Source of the DNA: Lama glama
Lineage: Eukaryota
Length of the DNA: 64,000 nucleotides
Direction: 5' to 3'
Assembly: GCA_028534125.1 (NCBI GenBank)
Contig: CM052818.1
Span: 22,818,001 to 22,882,000, forward strand
Every line of letters starts with the position of its first letter. Within the stretch, counting starts at the first letter, position 1. Shown here piece after piece: positions 62,010 to 64,000 of this stretch. The notes below the pieces were generated by a model, which worked only from the letters and a program-made list of their open reading frames with translations, was not told the DNA's origin and made no database searches. A program made the position numbers and the translations under genes.

Positions 62010-62331
62010 CTTTTTAAATTGAAGTATAGTCGATGTGCAATATTATATAAAGTGTATAATATAGTGATTCACAATTTTTAAAGGTTATACTCTATTTATA
62101 GTTATTATAAAATATTGGCTATATTCCCCATGTTGTACAGTATATCCTTGTAGCTTATTTATACATAATAGTTTGTACCTCATAATCCCCTACTTTATAT
62201 TGCCCCTCCCCACTTCCCTCTCCCCATTGGTAACCACTAGTTTGTTCTCTATATCTGTGAGACTCTTCTTTGTTACATTCACTAGTTTATTGTATTTTTT
62301 AGATTCCACATGTAAATGAAATCATACAGTA
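62010..62331 (-). mobile_element. L1 3' end
   Basis: tttttaaattgaagtatag... L1 tail. TSD tcctaatag(g/a)tttt at 61990-62004 and 62332-62346. Confidence 0.85.
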
Positions 62332-63057
62332 TCCTAATAGATTTTTTTTGACCCTTGGACAAATACTTCTTAAATTCATATAGAAGAGGAACAACAGTGA
62401 TAATCCAAACCCACCTCTGAAAAAGAACAATAAGGACCAGAAGTCAAGGCAATTTGTGTCTAGCATAATTACAGTGGTGGCCATCAATGCAGGAATAGAC
62501 AAACAGACCAGTGAAACAAAACAGGTTGCCTGTAAACAGAGAGCTCAAGTACTATGAGATCTTGGTATATGGTACTTGCAGTCTCACTAATCAGTGAGGA
62601 AAGGAGGATATTTGATGAGTGGTAGTAGGAAAATTTTTTTTTGTAAAAAGATATAAACAAATCCCTATCCCATGCCACACGCAGAAAGCACATTACAGGT
62701 GAATTAAAGATCGGAGCATGAAAACAAAACTTTAAAACTATTAGAAAGTATTTCTTTCAAAAATACAAAAAAGGAGAAAAACAATACATTTAACATCAAA
62801 ATATAAAACTTTCTTAATATAAAAGTCACTGTGTAGACTAAAAGACAACAGTCTAACAGAAAAAAAGTGAAATATGTATGACAGATGTGTCTTAGTTATT
62901 AGACAAGCAAGACTTGTGAAATAATCAAAAGATAGCTTTTTCAGTATTTTGCTCCTACTTTCCTTTAAAAGTTACAATCAGTGATCTTTTCCTCTCCTAG
63001 ATTTAAAAGCAAACAAACAAACAAAACTCTGGCAGATCCAAGAATTTTCCCTCATTC

Positions 63058-64000
63058 TTTTTTTAAATTCTTTTTAAAGTTTAAGAATAGTTGATTTACA
63101 GTGTTGTGTTAGTTTCTGGTGTACAACAAAGTGATTCAGATATATATATATATATATATATATATTCTTTTTCAGATTTTTTCCATTATAATTTATTATA
63201 AGATATTGAATATAATCCCCTATGCTATACAGTAGGCCCTTGTTACTTATCTATTTTATATATAGTAGTGTGTAACTGCTAATCCCAAACTCCTAATTTA
63301 TCCCTCTTCCCCTTTCCCCTTTAGTAACTATAAATTTGTTTTCTATGTCTGTGAGTATTTCTTTGTGGTAAATAAGTTCATTTGTGTCACTTTTTAGATT
63401 CCACACAGAAGTGATATTATATGATGTCTGTATTTCTCTGTCTGACTTACTTCACTTGGTATGATAATTTCTAGGTGCATCCATGTTGCTGCAAATGGCA
63501 TTATTTCATTCTTTTTTTTATGGCTGAGTAACATTCTATTGTATGTGTATATATCACATCTTTATCCGTTCATCTATTGATGGACACTTAGGTTGCTTCC
63601 ATGTCTTGGCTATTGTAAATAGTGTTGCTATGGGGTACATGTATCTTTTCAAATTAGAGTTTCCTTTGGCTATATGCCCAGGAGTGGGATTGCTGGATCA
63701 TATGATAATTCTTTTTTTTTTTTCAGTTTTTTTAAGAAGAAACTGCCGTATTGTTCTCCATAGTGGCTGCAACAATTTACATTCCCATCAACAGTATAGA
63801 AGGGACCCCTTTTCTCCACACTGTCTTCAGCATTTATTTTTTGCAGACGTTTTGATGATGGCCATTTTGACTGGTGTGAGGTGATACCTCATTGTAGTTT
63901 TGACTTGCATTTCTCTAATAATTAGTGATGTTGAGCATCTTTTCATATGCCTGTTGATCATCTGTATGTCTTCTTTGGAGGAATATCTATTTAGGTCTTC
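63058..64000 (-). mobile_element. L1 3' portion running off window end
   Basis: Same family as 7820-9163; (TA)n near 63140-63164. Confidence 0.9.

Larger units (their letters stand above)
55650..62860 (+). mobile_element. Fragmented old L1M (ORF1/ORF2 relics) with several later insertions
   Basis: A-rich sense-strand L1 text (tagaattctatacccagctaaattatc; aaattcaac-like, cccacagcaaatgtcattctcagtgg...). Heavily interrupted; boundaries approximate. Confidence 0.7.

Noticed and set aside
1..64000. CRISPR arrays, operons or other prokaryotic systems
   Set aside because: Sequence is clearly mammalian; no repeat-spacer arrays seen.

Overview
Mammalian genomic DNA. The abundant tRNA-derived SINEs and young L1s look camelid-like; this is inference, not verified. 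The only intact protein-coding gene is KCNG3 (Kv6.3, a silent voltage-gated K+ channel subunit) on the + strand. Its CpG-island exon 1 (CDS 407-1071, alternative donor after 1038) is followed by a ~34.4 kb repeat-rich intron, exon 2 (CDS 35496-36141) and a likely poly(A) signal at 37923. Splicing gives 436 aa (or 425 aa). The rest is largely L1, SINE, L2/MIR, MLT1 and hAT relics, plus a tRNA-Leu(AAG) pseudogene, a nested HSPA8 retrocopy and a 100-N gap. The most striking unexplained signal is on the - strand downstream of KCNG3 (about 45.8-54.2 kb). It is a series of repeat-free, partly splice-flanked segments that read, in order, as a strong-Kozak ATG with a signal-peptide-like stretch, several degenerate C-type-lectin-like N-terminal motifs with a recurring C-x8-W spacing, a Sushi-like stretch and a decayed transmembrane-like segment. 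I read this as a candidate fossil (unitary pseudogene) of a type I membrane lectin-like receptor convergent with KCNG3. That call rests on manual translation only and needs a homology/synteny search. Other notable items are a ~270-bp locally templated insertion, an intronic CpG-rich module with internal repeats, and back-to-back opposite-strand poly(A) signals.
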